Assembly: GCA_965242675.1 (NCBI GenBank)
Contig: CBDESW010000004.1
Location: forward strand, 301,862 to 365,861
Source of the DNA: Dehalococcoidia bacterium
GTDB lineage: Bacteria > Chloroflexota > Dehalococcoidia > Lucifugimonadales > UBA1123
DNA: 64,000 nt
Direction of reading: 5' to 3'
Shown: positions 62,571 to 64,000 of the stretch, one piece after another
Layout of the letters: each line of letters starts with the position of its first letter
Numbering within the stretch: the stretch's first letter is position 1
Program-made: the position numbers and the translations under genes
The notes under the pieces: generated by a model
The model's database searches: none
The model's input: only the letters and a program-made list of their open reading frames with translations
Told to the model about the DNA's origin: nothing

Positions 62571-63992
62571 ATGCCCAGAAAATCCAAAACCGTTTTCATG
62601 TGCGATTCCTGCGGCGCGGAGTCGGCGCGGTGGGAGGGGCGGTGCCGCGCTTGCGGCGAGTGGAACACGCTCGCCGAGTTCCGCGCCCCGGCGGCGTCTT
62701 CGGCGTCCGCGCGCGGCGGCGGCGGGACTTGGGCGGGGGACGCGCCGGCGGAAGCCGTCCGTCTGCGCGACGTCTCCGGCGAAGAGCGCGAGCGGATGGC
62801 GTTCAGCTCCGCCGAGCTGAACCGCGTACTCGGCGGCGGCATGGTCGCCGGGTCGGTCTCGCTGGTCGCCGGCGACCCCGGAATCGGCAAATCCACCCTG
62901 CTTCTGAGCGCGGCGGCGGACGCGGCGCGGCATGGCGCGGTCATCTACGTCAGCGGAGAAGAATCCGCCGCCCAAGTCAAGCTCCGCGCCGACCGCATGG
63001 GAATAGCCGCCGACGACCTCTATCTGCTCCCCGCTACCAATCTGTCGGACGTTCTGGCGCGGCTCGACGCGCTCTCGCCGACGCTGGCGGTGGTGGATTC
63101 CATTCAGACGCTGGCGGACGACGCGGTTTCGTCCGAAGCCGGCAGCGTGGCGCAAATCCGCGAGTGCGCGCGCCAATTGACACGCTGGGCGAAAACATCA
63201 GGCGGCTCCGTGGTCATGACCGGACACGTAACCAAAGGCGGCGACATAGCCGGACCTCGCATCCTCGAGCATGTCGTCGACGTCGTTCTGCATCTGGAAG
63301 GCGACCCTGTGAGCGCCTTCCGCCTGTTGCGCTCGGTCAAAAACCGTTTCGGCTCCACGAACGAAGTGGGCATTTACGAGATGAGCGAGCGCGGGCTGAC
63401 GGACGTCGCCGACCCGTCCGAGCGCCTCATCTCCGAGCGCGCGGACGGCGCGGTGGGCGCGATAGTCGTCCCCGCGATGGAGGGGACGCGCCCGCTGCTG
63501 GTGGAGATGCAGGCGCTGACGAACCCATCGCTGCTGCCCGCGCCGCGCCGCGTGGCGTCGGGGGTGGACTACAACCGCCTGCTGCTGGTGTGCGCCGTGC
63601 TGACACGCCGAGCGGGGCTGTCGCTGGCGAATCAGGACGTCATCGTGAACGTCGCCGGCGGCGTCCGCGTATCGGAGCCGGCGGCGGATTTGGCGATGGC
63701 GCTCGCCATCGTCTCGTCCGTCCGCGACGTGCCGATTAGGGCGGGGACGGCGGCGATAGGCGAGGTGGGATTGGGCGGCGAGACGCGCTCGGCGGCGCAG
63801 ATCGAGCGGCGCGCGAACGAAGCGGGCAGGCTGGGGCTTCGCAGATTCCTCGCGCCGGCGTCCGCCGACTTCCGCGCGCCCGAAGGCATCGAGATAGTGA
63901 AGGCGGCGTCTCTGCGGGACGCCATAGGCGCGGCGCTGGCGTCCCCAAGACGGGCGCGGGCGCGCGAAACGGCGGCGGAGTTCGCAAGTTGA
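62571..63992 (+). CDS. radA: DNA repair protein RadA (Sms)
   Basis: ATG at 62571. Zinc ribbon CDSCGAESARWEGRCRACGEW, Walker A GDPGIGKST, the KNRFG motif (VKNRFGSTNEVG), and a Lon-like C-terminal domain. Confidence 0.93.
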   Translation: MPRKSKTVFMCDSCGAESARWEGRCRACGEWNTLAEFRAPAASSASARGGGGTWAGDAPAEAVRLRDVSGEERERMAFSSAELNRVLGGGMVAGSVSLVAGDPGIGKSTLLLSAAADAARHGAVIYVSGEESAAQVKLRADRMGIAADDLYLLPATNLSDVLARLDALSPTLAVVDSIQTLADDAVSSEAGSVAQIRECARQLTRWAKTSGGSVVMTGHVTKGGDIAGPRILEHVVDVVLHLEGDPVSAFRLLRSVKNRFGSTNEVGIYEMSERGLTDVADPSERLISERADGAVGAIVVPAMEGTRPLLVEMQALTNPSLLPAPRRVASGVDYNRLLLVCAVLTRRAGLSLANQDVIVNVAGGVRVSEPAADLAMALAIVSSVRDVPIRAGTAAIGEVGLGGETRSAAQIERRANEAGRLGLRRFLAPASADFRAPEGIEIVKAASLRDAIGAALASPRRARARETAAEFAS

Positions 63993-64000
63993 AGGCGGCG

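Noticed and set aside
1-64000. tRNA genes, 16S/23S rRNA, riboswitches and CRISPR arrays
   Set aside because: I found no T-arm-like GGTTCGAATCC-type sequences or cloverleaf candidates in the intergenic regions by eye, and no large rRNA blocks. Scanning by eye is weak, so tRNAscan-SE, Infernal and barrnap should be run.

Overview
GC-rich bacterial chromosomal window, possibly a monoderm, Chloroflexota-like lineage, though the lineage is a guess. Housekeeping blocks sit at both ends: tig(partial)-clpP-clpX at the left, and ftsZ, a solitary 5S rRNA, rpsA, clpC and radA at the right. The middle is accessory-looking. (i) About 22 kb (6.4-28.7 kb) encodes predicted surface or secreted beta-propeller lipoproteins: five tandem PD40/TolB-like paralogues plus a sixth chimeric one, and three RCC1-repeat proteins. 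The same block holds an S8 subtilase fused to a vWA domain, two paralogous XRE-HTH/polytopic membrane proteins, a small LuxR-type regulator, a 53-aa membrane microprotein and two repeated-module membrane proteins. (ii) An EndoQ-like PHP nuclease, a duplicated ABC-2 exporter operon, a fused tandem HigA with no toxin, and a lone xanthine-dehydrogenase-family Mo subunit. (iii) Two family-5 peptide/nickel ABC uptake loci. (iv) PAC2, an alpha/beta hydrolase and a CoiA-like/HNH nuclease. Intergenic DNA is dense with at least three dispersed repeat families: a 27-nt hairpin, a two-hairpin unit that translates as PSPLPSRERG, and a MITE-like element with TGTCAGAATCAGGATT inverted ends. One copy has split a translationally coupled gene junction and duplicated 31 bp of it. 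The best candidates for something undescribed are a lower-GC PLD(HKD)-nuclease/P-loop ATPase fusion gene between clpC and radA, and the co-directional LuxR-microprotein-PD40-S8/vWA-RCC1x3-membrane cluster. All calls come from reading the ORF translations and the DNA by eye. No searches were run.
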